A DNA stretch of 64,000 nucleotides, from contig CAVWFS010000018.1 in assembly GCA_963754315.1 (NCBI GenBank), positions 32,001 through 96,000 of the forward strand. Direction: 5' to 3'. The DNA is from an uncultured Candidatus Rokubacteria bacterium (GTDB lineage: Bacteria; Methylomirabilota; Methylomirabilia; Rokubacteriales; CSP1-6). Below are positions 18,820 through 27,553 of the stretch, in pieces. The position numbers and the translations under genes were made by a program. Position 1 is the stretch's first letter, and every line of letters starts with the position of its first letter. The notes beneath the pieces were generated by a model that was not told where the DNA came from, did no database searches, and saw nothing but the letters and a program-made list of their open reading frames with translations.

Positions 18820-21800
18820 TCAGTGGGCTCTGAGCAGCCCGTCAATCCGGTCGATCAGCGAAGGGAGCCCGACGTGCACGGCTTCGGCTCGGGCCTCGCC
18901 GAGGTGCGCGATCGCTGACGCCTGATCGCCCTGCGCCAGGGCGAGCTCGCTGAGGTCAACCCGCGTCCGCGTGGTCCACACTCCCGCCGGAATCGCGGTG
19001 AAGGCGGCGAGCGCCTCGCGTAAGGCCCTCTCCGCGGTGGCGACGTCACGAAGACCGAGCGCCGCGCGTCCGAGGGCCCGCAGGGCAACGCCGGCGACCC
19101 AGGGAAGCTCCATCTCACGCGCAAGCTCGAGGGCCCGCTGCGCGAGCGGCTGGGCTCGGGCAGGCTCACCGCCGAGCGACCACGCCTCGGCCAGGCACGC
19201 ACTGAACCAGCTCTCGTGGGGGCGCACACCAGCCTCGGCGGACAATGCGAGGCCCTCTTCAAGCCGCCCGATGGCCCGCCCGACATCGCCGGCCGTCAGG
19301 TACGCATAGCCCAGGAAGCCGGCACAGAGGGCCCGGTTGTACGTGTCAGCGACGAGACCGAGGGCGCGCTCGGCTTCGGCAACCGCCGTTTCCGCGTCGC
19401 CCGTCTCCGCGGCGAGAAACCCCGCCCACCAGGATCCCAGCATCAGCAGGCGCGGATCGGCAACCGAGTCAGCGAGCGGGACGATCTTGTGCAGCTGCTC
19501 ACGGGCCAGCCCAAGTTCGCCGAGCAGATAGTGGTTGACACTTACACCCCAGTGGGCGGTCGCGAGCCAGCCGCGGTCGCGGCTTCGTTCCAGGCACGCG
19601 ACGGACCGATGGCCCCAGCCGATGCCTTCGCGCGGTCTGCCCGACCACCAGCATTCGTACGCCATCACGTGACAGGCGCGGCCCAGGGCAGCCACCTCGC
19701 CCGCTACCTCGGCGTCGCCGACGGCGCGCGAGGCCCATTCCCTGGCTTCTCCCAAGTTGCCGCGCAGGCAGTGGAGATTGGCGATCAAGTACCCGAAGCG
19801 CGCCGTAAGGCGCTGGTCGTCGAGTCGACTCACGCCCGCGCCTTCTGCAGCGACCCGCGCGAGGGCCTCGCCGATGCGACCGAGGTAGGTCAGGGAGCGG
19901 GACAGGCGCATCATCACGTCAATTCTCAGGGCATCACGCTGGGCCACTGGCAGCCGACCGGCGTGCTCGCGCGCTCGCTCGAGCGCGGCAACGGCCTCCT
20001 CGTGCGATGAGCCGCGGGCCGCGCGGTCGGCGAAGCGGACCAGCCAGGTGACGGCCCGCGCCGAATCGTCGGTGTGCGCCCAGTGGTAGGCCAGGCGATC
20101 GACGACCTCTGCACCGTGCGCAGCCTGAGCCTCCAGGACGTCTCCAGCCAGCGCATGCAGCCGCCGTCGCTCACCGGGCTCGAGGCGCGCGTAGGCTAGC
20201 TCCTGCGTCAGCGGGTGCTTGAAGACGTACCCCCGCTCCGCGGCAGCCACGCGGGGGAGCAGGAACTCCTGGCATACCAAGGTATCCACCTGCGGGTCGA
20301 GCGAGCCGCCGCAGACGGCCTCGAGGAGATCGTGAGAGAACCCGCGACCGAGCACGGCGGCCGCGCCGAGGAGCCGACGCGGCTCCGGGGCCAGCCGGTC
20401 GATGCGGCTGCCGACGACCTCGTCGATCGTAGCGGGAATGGTCGGCTCGGCCTCGAGTCGACCCTGATCGCGGACGGTGATCGCGAGCTCCTCGAGGAAC
20501 AGCGGATTTCCCTCGGCGCGAGCCAGGACGGGCTCGGCCAGCTCTCCGGCCGAGTCGCCCAGGATCCCCTCCACGACGCGGAAGCTGTCCTCGCGGCCCA
20601 GCGGTGCCAGCGACACCTGCGTGGCGTACGAGTGCCCGATCCAGCCCGGCTGGTAGCCGGGGCGGTAGGTGGTGACCAGCAGAAGGCGGCTGCCGCCCAG
20701 CCGCTCCACCAGCGCCCGAAGCCACTCGTCCGACGTGCGGTCTATCCAGTGCAGGTCCTCGACGAAGATGGCCTGGGTACGGCGGGTGCTCGCGCCCAGG
20801 AAAAGCTCCAAGAGAGTCTCGAACGTCCGGGCGCGGAGCACCTCGGGGCTCAGGTCGTCGAGCCCTCCGCCGCGATCGCGGACTCCCAGCAGACGGAGGA
20901 GGAAGGGAAGTCGCGGGCCAGAGTCGAGCCCAGCCTCCCCGAGCGTCGTCGAGAGTCGCTCGACTGTCGGGCCCAGGGGATCGCCCTCCGAGAGGGTGGC
21001 AAGCTCCCGCAGCACGTCGAGCACCGGCAGGAAGGGAATGGCCCCACCCTGTGGTACGCAATGCCCTACGACGCACTCCACGGATTCGCCCGCCACACGC
21101 TGACGGAATTCCCAGACGAGGCGTGATTTCCCGATGCCGGCGTCACCCACGATCCCGACCACGCGCCCGCGCCCGCTGGCGGCCACGGCGAGCTCGCCGG
21201 CCAGGGCGTCGAGCTCCCGCTGCCGGCCGACGAACGTCGTGAGACGGCTGCGGTGATCGAACGCCGTACGCGGCCGATGAACGAGGCGGAGCGCCTTGTG
21301 TCCAGTCAGTGGTTGATCGGCCACCAGCGCGAATCTGCGCGAGAGCAGAGCCTCTATGGATTCGGCCACGACCACGGTGTTTGGTTCTGCCTCCGCGACC
21401 AGCGCATCGATCTCCGTCACGATTTGACCCAGGACTTCCGCGTCGATCCGCGTCCCGTCCGGGTCGACGGCCAGCGGGGCCGTCGCGACGTGGAGCGCGG
21501 CCTGGACCCCCACGGGCGGGTCGTCATCCCGGGCGGCAGTCACCGCCGCCAGCGCGGCATGAGCTGCGCGCGTGGTCACATCCTCCGTCGGCGTCGTGCC
21601 AAAGGAGGCCAGTATCGTCAGCGAGCCCTGGCTCTCCAGCCGGCCCCCGAACGCTCGCACTGTGTCGGCGATCCGCTCAAGCCGGTGCGCGCTCGTCGAG
21701 GCCGGCCAGACGTCGTCGCCGACGAGCCGCACCCGGAGCAGCGCGATGTGCCGGTGCTCCCAGCGAGGCCCTGGGATGGACGCGCCGACGCTCTCGGACG

Positions 21801-22794
21801 GCGATGGCCCCCGCACGCCCGGAAACGGTGAGAGTCCTAGACGTCGCATGCGGTAACGCAGGGTGTTGCGGGGAATGCCGAGTCGAGCCGCCGCCTGAAC
21901 GACGTTGCCGCCTGTCGCCTTCAGTGCGGTCAGAATGGGGTCCGCGCCGGCCATCCGCCAGGGCATCGTCGAGCCACGAGCGGCGCCCTCCCCTGATGCG
22001 CCGGACGAGGGCGCCGGTGGCGAGGGGGACGCGTCGAGAAGAAGGGCAGCCGCGGTGATCTCCGCTCCGTCGGCGAGCAACGCGGCGCGCTCGAGCACGT
22101 TCGCCAGCTCGCGTATATTCCCGGGCCACGCGTGCCGGCGCAGGACGTCCAGGGCGCCGGCGGCCAACTTCATGGGCCCGAGCCCGTAATTCTCGGCGAC
22201 GCGCTGCAGAAGATGCTCGGCGAGGAGACCAAGGTCGTCGCTCCGCTCTCGCAGGGGCGGCAAGGTGAGGGTCACCAGGGAGAGGCGATGGTAGAGGTCT
22301 TCGCGGAAGCGCCCGAGACGCCGCGCGGCGGCCAGGTCATCGCTGGCGGCCGCGATGATCTGCATGTCGAGCGGCTCGTCCCGCGTGGCTCCGAGGCGCC
22401 GCACCGTGCGTTCCTCGATAGCAGTCAGGAGCTTGGCCTGCAGCGGAGGGGAGAGCAGGCTGACCTCGTCGAGCAGTACGGTGCCATGCTGGGCGAGGTG
22501 GAACAGGCCGGGCTTGGCCTGGCGAGCGTCCGTGAACGCCCCCCGCTCGTAGCCGAACATCTCGGCCTCGAGCATGGTCTCGGGGATCGCGGCACAGTTC
22601 ACGGGCACGAAGGGGCCGCTGGCGCGCGGGCTCAACTCGTGAATGACCCGCGCCACCAGCCCCTTGCCAGTACCGGTCTCGCCGAGGATCAGGATCGGCG
22701 GGAGTCGGCGGGCCGTCCGCTGACGCTCGACGAGGCTCTGGATCGCTTGCCGGACGGCGACGATACCCTTGCTCTCGCCGACGAGCCTCTGCAT
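18820..22794 (-). CDS. Sigma54-interaction AAA+ / Fis-HTH / degenerate cyclase-like / P-loop ATPase / TPR multidomain regulator
   Basis: GETGTGKG, GAFTDA, LLDEV, WPGNIREL; GNVVQAAARLGIPRNTLRYR; FVGRQREL, GDAGIGKS, EDLHW, GNPLFLEE; TPR-like C-terminus. Confidence 0.9.
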   Translation of the reverse strand: MQRLVGESKGIVAVRQAIQSLVERQRTARRLPPILILGETGTGKGLVARVIHELSPRASGPFVPVNCAAIPETMLEAEMFGYERGAFTDARQAKPGLFHLAQHGTVLLDEVSLLSPPLQAKLLTAIEERTVRRLGATRDEPLDMQIIAAASDDLAAARRLGRFREDLYHRLSLVTLTLPPLRERSDDLGLLAEHLLQRVAENYGLGPMKLAAGALDVLRRHAWPGNIRELANVLERAALLADGAEITAAALLLDASPSPPAPSSGASGEGAARGSTMPWRMAGADPILTALKATGGNVVQAAARLGIPRNTLRYRMRRLGLSPFPGVRGPSPSESVGASIPGPRWEHRHIALLRVRLVGDDVWPASTSAHRLERIADTVRAFGGRLESQGSLTILASFGTTPTEDVTTRAAHAALAAVTAARDDDPPVGVQAALHVATAPLAVDPDGTRIDAEVLGQIVTEIDALVAEAEPNTVVVAESIEALLSRRFALVADQPLTGHKALRLVHRPRTAFDHRSRLTTFVGRQRELDALAGELAVAASGRGRVVGIVGDAGIGKSRLVWEFRQRVAGESVECVVGHCVPQGGAIPFLPVLDVLRELATLSEGDPLGPTVERLSTTLGEAGLDSGPRLPFLLRLLGVRDRGGGLDDLSPEVLRARTFETLLELFLGASTRRTQAIFVEDLHWIDRTSDEWLRALVERLGGSRLLLVTTYRPGYQPGWIGHSYATQVSLAPLGREDSFRVVEGILGDSAGELAEPVLARAEGNPLFLEELAITVRDQGRLEAEPTIPATIDEVVGSRIDRLAPEPRRLLGAAAVLGRGFSHDLLEAVCGGSLDPQVDTLVCQEFLLPRVAAAERGYVFKHPLTQELAYARLEPGERRRLHALAGDVLEAQAAHGAEVVDRLAYHWAHTDDSARAVTWLVRFADRAARGSSHEEAVAALERAREHAGRLPVAQRDALRIDVMMRLSRSLTYLGRIGEALARVAAEGAGVSRLDDQRLTARFGYLIANLHCLRGNLGEAREWASRAVGDAEVAGEVAALGRACHVMAYECWWSGRPREGIGWGHRSVACLERSRDRGWLATAHWGVSVNHYLLGELGLAREQLHKIVPLADSVADPRLLMLGSWWAGFLAAETGDAETAVAEAERALGLVADTYNRALCAGFLGYAYLTAGDVGRAIGRLEEGLALSAEAGVRPHESWFSACLAEAWSLGGEPARAQPLAQRALELAREMELPWVAGVALRALGRAALGLRDVATAERALREALAAFTAIPAGVWTTRTRVDLSELALAQGDQASAIAHLGEARAEAVHVGLPSLIDRIDGLLRAH

Positions 22795-22829
22795 CGACTT
22801 CGATTCTACGTCCGCCGCGCGGACGGCGG

Positions 22830-22878
22830 TGGCAAGTGGCCAAAGTGGCGAAATTGGCCACATGGTCCGTGGCCAAAC
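22830..22878. repeat. Six tandem TGG-initiated 7-9 bp repeats
   Basis: TGGCAAG TGGCCAAAG TGGCGAAAT TGGCCACA TGGTCCG TGGCCAAAC. Confidence 0.7.
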
Positions 22879-22924
22879 ATCTCGAGTGAGAGCGTAAACC
22901 CCTGGTTTCATGTCCATTCTAGCC

Positions 22925-22939
22925 TGGCATCCCTCCTGC
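22925..22939 (+). promoter_or_regulatory. Putative sigma54 (-24/-12) promoter
   Basis: TGGCATCCCTCCTGC: GG(22926-7)-N10-GC(22938-9), 25 bp before the ATG at 22965. Confidence 0.6.
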
Positions 22940-22964
22940 CGCTAGTGGTTGCGGAGCGGGTAAG

Positions 22965-23600
22965 ATGATCGATCTGGACTGGGTCAACGTCGCCGGGTAC
23001 AGCGCCTCCTTCCTCGTCTTCTCCGCCTTCTACATGAAGGCCATGACCCCCCTCCGCGTGATCGCCATCGCCAGCAACGTCGCCTTCATCGCCTACGGGC
23101 TCGGTGCGGGGCTCTATCCCGTCCTCGTTCTGCATGCGGTCCTGCTGCCCCTGAACTGTGTACGCCTGCTGCAGGCGCGAAGCCTGGTCCAGCGGGTGCG
23201 CGCCGGGCTGCGGAGCACCTTCGGCCTCGAGTGGTTAATCCCGATGATGACCTGTCACTCGTTCAGGTCAGGCGACGTTCTGTTCAGGATCGGCGACCCC
23301 GCGCGCTCGACGTTCGTGATTCTGTCAGGGTCGGTCCGTGTGACCGAGATCGGGGTCGTCCTCGGCCCCGGCTCCGTCATTGGAGAAATCGGGGTGTTCG
23401 CGCCGGACGGCTGCCGGACAGGCACCGCTCTCTGCGAGACCGATGTCGAGATCGGGTCAATCAGTGACCAGCGGCTGCTTCAGCTGTGTGTCCAGGACCC
23501 CACCTTCGGCCTCTATCTGATGCGTTTGGTCGTCCAGCGCCTGCTGGACAACGAGCGGCGATGGGCAGCGAAAGCGGAGTGTGACGCACGGCCTAGGTAG
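22965..23600 (+). CDS. Membrane protein with C-terminal cyclic-nucleotide-binding domain
   Basis: 3 N-terminal TM segments (MTPLR...SNVAFIAYG...LLPLN); LFRIGD, GEIG...RTGTA. Confidence 0.88.
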   Translation: MIDLDWVNVAGYSASFLVFSAFYMKAMTPLRVIAIASNVAFIAYGLGAGLYPVLVLHAVLLPLNCVRLLQARSLVQRVRAGLRSTFGLEWLIPMMTCHSFRSGDVLFRIGDPARSTFVILSGSVRVTEIGVVLGPGSVIGEIGVFAPDGCRTGTALCETDVEIGSISDQRLLQLCVQDPTFGLYLMRLVVQRLLDNERRWAAKAECDARPR

Positions 23601-23610
23601 CAGGGCAACA

Positions 23611-23730
23611 GTGCTCGTGGCGTGGTCGGCCCCGACCGACGCGGCGACCCTGATCGTGAACTCGCTGAACGACAACACAACTGCCGGCGACGGCGCCTGC
23701 ACCTTGAGAGAGGCGATCGTGGCGGCGGCA
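23611..23730 (+). pseudogene. CSLREA-domain N-terminal remnant
   Basis: AATLIVNSLNDNTTAGDGACTLREAIVAA; no continuation. Confidence 0.65.
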
Positions 23731-23739
23731 GGCGGGCAT

Positions 23740-23908
23740 CAGCGACCACTGGCGACATTCCTTTGGCTCCGGGAAAACTCCTCATGCCAAATCGTTCCGC
23801 GGCGGCCGCCGCGCCCAGGTAGCCATACTTGCGCAAATAGCCCTGGAGATCGGTCGTGTCTGCGCCTCTCGATCCATTCCTCGGTCCAGCCTTGATTTCG
23901 ACAGCCAT
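23740..23908 (-). pseudogene. N-terminal remnant of peptidoglycan-binding/matrixin-prodomain-like protein
   Basis: GAGGAGG RBS + ATG; GSRGADTTDLQGYLRKYGYL; then collides with the CSLREA remnant. Confidence 0.5.
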
Positions 23909-24126
23909 ACGAGCCTCCTCTGTCACGCTAACCGGCCAGGACGTTAACCGAACAGGGCTTGGCTGCTGAGAGATCGAGACGCGAGAGGCACATGCGGTCC
24001 GTGGTTACGCACACGCCCTACGCCCTGGCGATGTCCCCGAGGGTCGGTGGGATGTAGAATCCGAGTAGCCCGCGGGAGGGAGTTCATGAAGCGAATCACC
24101 AGTCGTAACGGCAGGATCGGCAAGCC

Positions 24127-25077
24127 ATGAAGAGGGCCATGGTGCCGCTGGCGCTGATCTGCTTGACCGTGATCTTCACCGCCTGCCTCCTGCCCGGGCC
24201 CGGCCAGTCGGCGCCGGTGGGCGGGGTATGGAGCACGCTGGCCCCGATGCCGACCCCGCGGCAAGAGATCTCCGTCTCGGTGCTCGACGGCAAGGTCTTC
24301 GCGATCGCCGGCTTCGACACGCAAGGGCAGTCGACGGCCACGGTGGAGGTCTATGATCCGCGGACGAATACGTGGCGGCAGGCAGCGCCCTTGCCGATCG
24401 CTACCAACCACAACGCCGCCGCCACCGTCAATGGCCGGCTGTACGCGTTCGGGGGGACGAGCCCGCGCGCCTTTATCTACGACGCCGGCCGCGACGCGTG
24501 GAGCGAGGTCGCGTCAATGCGGTACTCGCACGGGGGGACCCCGGCCGTGGCCGTCATCGCCGGGAAGATCTACGTGGCCGGAGGCACCGGGTCCGATATG
24601 GTCGGCAACGAGCTCGAAGTCTACGACCCAGGTGCGAACGCGTGGCAGGTGCTGGCCCCAATGGCTGTACCCCGCAACCACACTGCCGGCGGCGCGATCG
24701 GAGGCCGGTTCTACGTCGTGGGGGGACGGGGCAGTCCCGATGCCTCGACGGCGCATGAGGTCTACGATCCGACAACAAACGTCTGGACGAGGCGGGCGCC
24801 GTTGCCGACCGGCCGCTCCGGCATCGCGGCCGGCGTCGTGCGCGGGCATCTCTACGTGTTCGGCGGGGAGCTTCCCCGGCTCTTCGGCGAGGTCGAGGTT
24901 TACGATCCGGCCATGGATACGTGGCAGTCGCTGCCGCCCATGCCCGTTCCTCGCCACGGCATCTTTGCCGGCGTGATCGGAAGCGTCATCTACCTCCCGG
25001 GCGGTGCAACCCAGCAGGGTCTGGGCGCGACCAGCGCGAACTCGGCGTTCCGCGCGAGGGGACCCCATCCCGAGTAG
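24127..25077 (+). CDS. Secreted Kelch-repeat beta-propeller protein
   Basis: Signal peptide; about six repeats (APMPTPR...GG...EVYDP...W). Confidence 0.92.
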   Translation: MKRAMVPLALICLTVIFTACLLPGPGQSAPVGGVWSTLAPMPTPRQEISVSVLDGKVFAIAGFDTQGQSTATVEVYDPRTNTWRQAAPLPIATNHNAAATVNGRLYAFGGTSPRAFIYDAGRDAWSEVASMRYSHGGTPAVAVIAGKIYVAGGTGSDMVGNELEVYDPGANAWQVLAPMAVPRNHTAGGAIGGRFYVVGGRGSPDASTAHEVYDPTTNVWTRRAPLPTGRSGIAAGVVRGHLYVFGGELPRLFGEVEVYDPAMDTWQSLPPMPVPRHGIFAGVIGSVIYLPGGATQQGLGATSANSAFRARGPHPE

Positions 25078-25273
25078 GGCCCTTCCCGAGACCTCGCGAT
25101 TCGCGCCCCTCGGCGCGGTCTGAGCGCTGCCGCGGGAATCACTCTTCCTCCGGGGGCTTGACTCTTGTTCCGGGGGACGCGATCTTAGCTCGGATCAGGG
25201 AAGGAGAGAGGCTGGCGGCTGCGAAGGCGTTTTCATGGTACATACGACGACCGCACTCTGACAGGAGGAGCTC

Positions 25274-26932
25274 ATGGCCGAAGTTGACGGCGCAACCTTA
25301 GTGGCGAGGAACCTCAAGCGGCAGGGCGTCGAATTCATGTTCGGGATCGTCGGGTTTCCGGTGCAGCCGATCGCTGCCGCCGCGCAGAAGGAAGGGATTA
25401 CCTATGTCGGGATGCGCAACGAGCAGTCCGCCTCGTACGCCGCCCAGGCTGTTGGCTATCTGACCGGGCGTCCCGGCGCCTGCCTCGTGGTGTCGGGCCC
25501 CGGCGTCGTCCACGCCCTCGCCGGCCTCGCCAATGCGCAGCAGAATGGCTGGCCGATGGTCCTCATCGGGGGAGCGTCGGAGACGTGGCGTAACGGCATG
25601 GGTGCGTTCCAGGAAGAGCGCCAGGTGTTGATCGCGACGCCATTCTGCAAGTTCGCGCATGCGATCGAGCACGTCCACCGAATCCCGTTCTATGTCGAGA
25701 TGGCGGTCAGGAACTCGATCTACGGCCGGCCCGGCGCGAGCTATCTCGACATTGCAGACGACATCATCACCGGAAAGGTCGACGAGGTGATGGTGGAGGA
25801 GCCCGCGCGCTGTCCGGATCCCCCCCGCACCCAGGCCATTCCGGACGACGTCGAGCACGCACTGGACGCGCTCCGGTCGGCGGAGCGGCCCCTCGTCATC
25901 ATCGGCAAGGGTATGGCCTATTCGCGCGCCGAGACCGAGGTGCGCGCCTTCATCGAACGCACCCAGCTGCCGTTCCTGGCCTCGCCGATGGGCAAGGGTG
26001 TGATGCCCGACGCCCATCCGCTCTCGGTCGGCGCCGCGCGCAGCCACGCGCTCCAGAATGCCGACGTCGTCTTCCTGATGGGCGCGCGGCTCAACTGGAT
26101 CATGCATTTCGGCCTGCCCCCGCGGTATCACAAGGACGTACGCTTCATCCAGCTCGACATCGCGGCGGAGACGATCGGCCAGAACGCGCCGACCGAGGTC
26201 GCGCTGGTCGGCGACGGCAAGGCGATCGTCGGGCAGCTCAACAAGGCCCTCGAAAAGCGCGAGTGGGTCTATCCCAAGGAAATGCCCTGGCGTGCCGCCA
26301 TCGCCGAAAAAGCGGCGGCGAATGCGAAGCAGATCGCGCCTCAGCTCGTCGACGACGCGGCGCCGGCCAACTACTACCGCGCGCTGAGGGACGTGGCCGC
26401 CTGGACGCCGGAAGACGCGATCATCATCGGCGAGGGCGCCAGCACGATGGACATCGGCCGCACCCAGCTGTTCAATTCGAAGCCACGGCACCGGCTCGAT
26501 GCCGGTAGCTACGGCACCATGGGCATCGGCATGGGCTTCGTCATCGCGGCCGCGGTGGTGCATCCCGACAAGCCGATCATCTCGGTCTCGGGCGACTCGG
26601 CGATCGGCTTCTCCGGCATGGAGATCGAGACGGCTTGTCGCTATCAGCTACCGGTCAAGATCGTCGTCTTCAACAACGGCGGCATCGGCCCCGGTCACGC
26701 CGAGCCGCCGGCCGACCCGCTCAAGAACATGCGGCCGAACGCGCTGATCTACGGCGCCCGCTATGACAAGATGATGGAGGCCTTTGGCGGCAAGGGCTGG
26801 TTCATCGAGAACCCGAAGGACCTCAAGGCCGCCTTGCAAGAGGCGATGGACTTCCGCGGCCCGGCGCTCGTCAATGTCATGATTTCCCAGGAGTCCGCCC
26901 GCAAGCCGCAACAGTTCCGCTGGCACAGCTGA
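25274..26932 (+). CDS. ThDP enzyme, 2-hydroxyacyl-CoA lyase / oxalyl-CoA decarboxylase family
   Basis: MRNEQSASYAA, GAFQE, RLDAGSYGTMGIG, GDSAIGFSGME...NNGG, C-terminal RKPQQFRWHS; AGGAGG RBS. Confidence 0.9.
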   Translation: MAEVDGATLVARNLKRQGVEFMFGIVGFPVQPIAAAAQKEGITYVGMRNEQSASYAAQAVGYLTGRPGACLVVSGPGVVHALAGLANAQQNGWPMVLIGGASETWRNGMGAFQEERQVLIATPFCKFAHAIEHVHRIPFYVEMAVRNSIYGRPGASYLDIADDIITGKVDEVMVEEPARCPDPPRTQAIPDDVEHALDALRSAERPLVIIGKGMAYSRAETEVRAFIERTQLPFLASPMGKGVMPDAHPLSVGAARSHALQNADVVFLMGARLNWIMHFGLPPRYHKDVRFIQLDIAAETIGQNAPTEVALVGDGKAIVGQLNKALEKREWVYPKEMPWRAAIAEKAAANAKQIAPQLVDDAAPANYYRALRDVAAWTPEDAIIIGEGASTMDIGRTQLFNSKPRHRLDAGSYGTMGIGMGFVIAAAVVHPDKPIISVSGDSAIGFSGMEIETACRYQLPVKIVVFNNGGIGPGHAEPPADPLKNMRPNALIYGARYDKMMEAFGGKGWFIENPKDLKAALQEAMDFRGPALVNVMISQESARKPQQFRWHS

Positions 26933-26951
26933 TCGGCCGAGCGGTACGGTC

Positions 26952-26980
26952 AGGGGCCGCTCCTAAGGGGCGGCCCCTTT
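26952..26980 (+). terminator. Intrinsic terminator-like hairpin between convergent genes
   Basis: AGGGGCCGC-TCCTAAGGG-GCGGCCCCT followed by TT. Confidence 0.7.
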
Positions 26981-27013
26981 CCCCCGATCACAGAGCCTGA
27001 ACAGGCGTCACGA

Positions 27014-27553
27014 CTATTTGGCAGGCGGTGGGTAAGCCAGGATGAAATTGCCCCGATTGGGCATCTGCACCTGAGGGAGCGTCTGCGCGTTCATCGCTTC
27101 ACCCTCCGCGATGACCCCGTTCAGGTAGAGCAGATAGGCGGTCACCGCGTAAACCTCATCGTTTGTCAACGACTGCGGCTGGTGGTACGGCATCGATCGG
27201 CGGACGTAGTCGAAGACCGTGGTCGCGTACGGCCAGTAGCTGCCGATCGTTCGCACCGGGGTCGGTCCGGCGAGGGTCCCCTGACCACCGACGAGACGAT
27301 CGTTCGGCTGGCCGGCGCCCTTCTCCCCGTGGCACGACTGGCACTTGGCGGCGTAGACCGCAGCTCCAGTCACGGCCGCCCCTCCGCCTGGCGGCAGACC
27401 GTTGCCGTCGGGTGCGATGCTGATGTCCCACCCGGCGATCTCGGAAGGGGTGGCCTCGCGGCCTAGGTTGGGTCCGTCGGCAGCGCGCGCGGGCGAGATC
27501 ACGACCGCGGCGAAGCCGAGGATCGCGAGCGCGGCCCGGCTACGAGTAGACAT
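27014..27553 (-). CDS. soxD: Monoheme cytochrome c, SoxD-like
   Basis: WDISIAPDGNGLPPG, CQSCH, TIGSYWPYATT, SMP; overlaps soxC stop. Confidence 0.85.
   Translation of the reverse strand: MSTRSRAALAILGFAAVVISPARAADGPNLGREATPSEIAGWDISIAPDGNGLPPGGGAAVTGAAVYAAKCQSCHGEKGAGQPNDRLVGGQGTLAGPTPVRTIGSYWPYATTVFDYVRRSMPYHQPQSLTNDEVYAVTAYLLYLNGVIAEGEAMNAQTLPQVQMPNRGNFILAYPPPAK

Noticed and set aside
22830..22878. CRISPR or iteron interpretation of the TGG repeats
   Set aside because: Units are 7-9 bp without spacers; no cas or rep genes
24127..25077. Internal DNA repeats
   Set aside because: Explained by Kelch protein repeats
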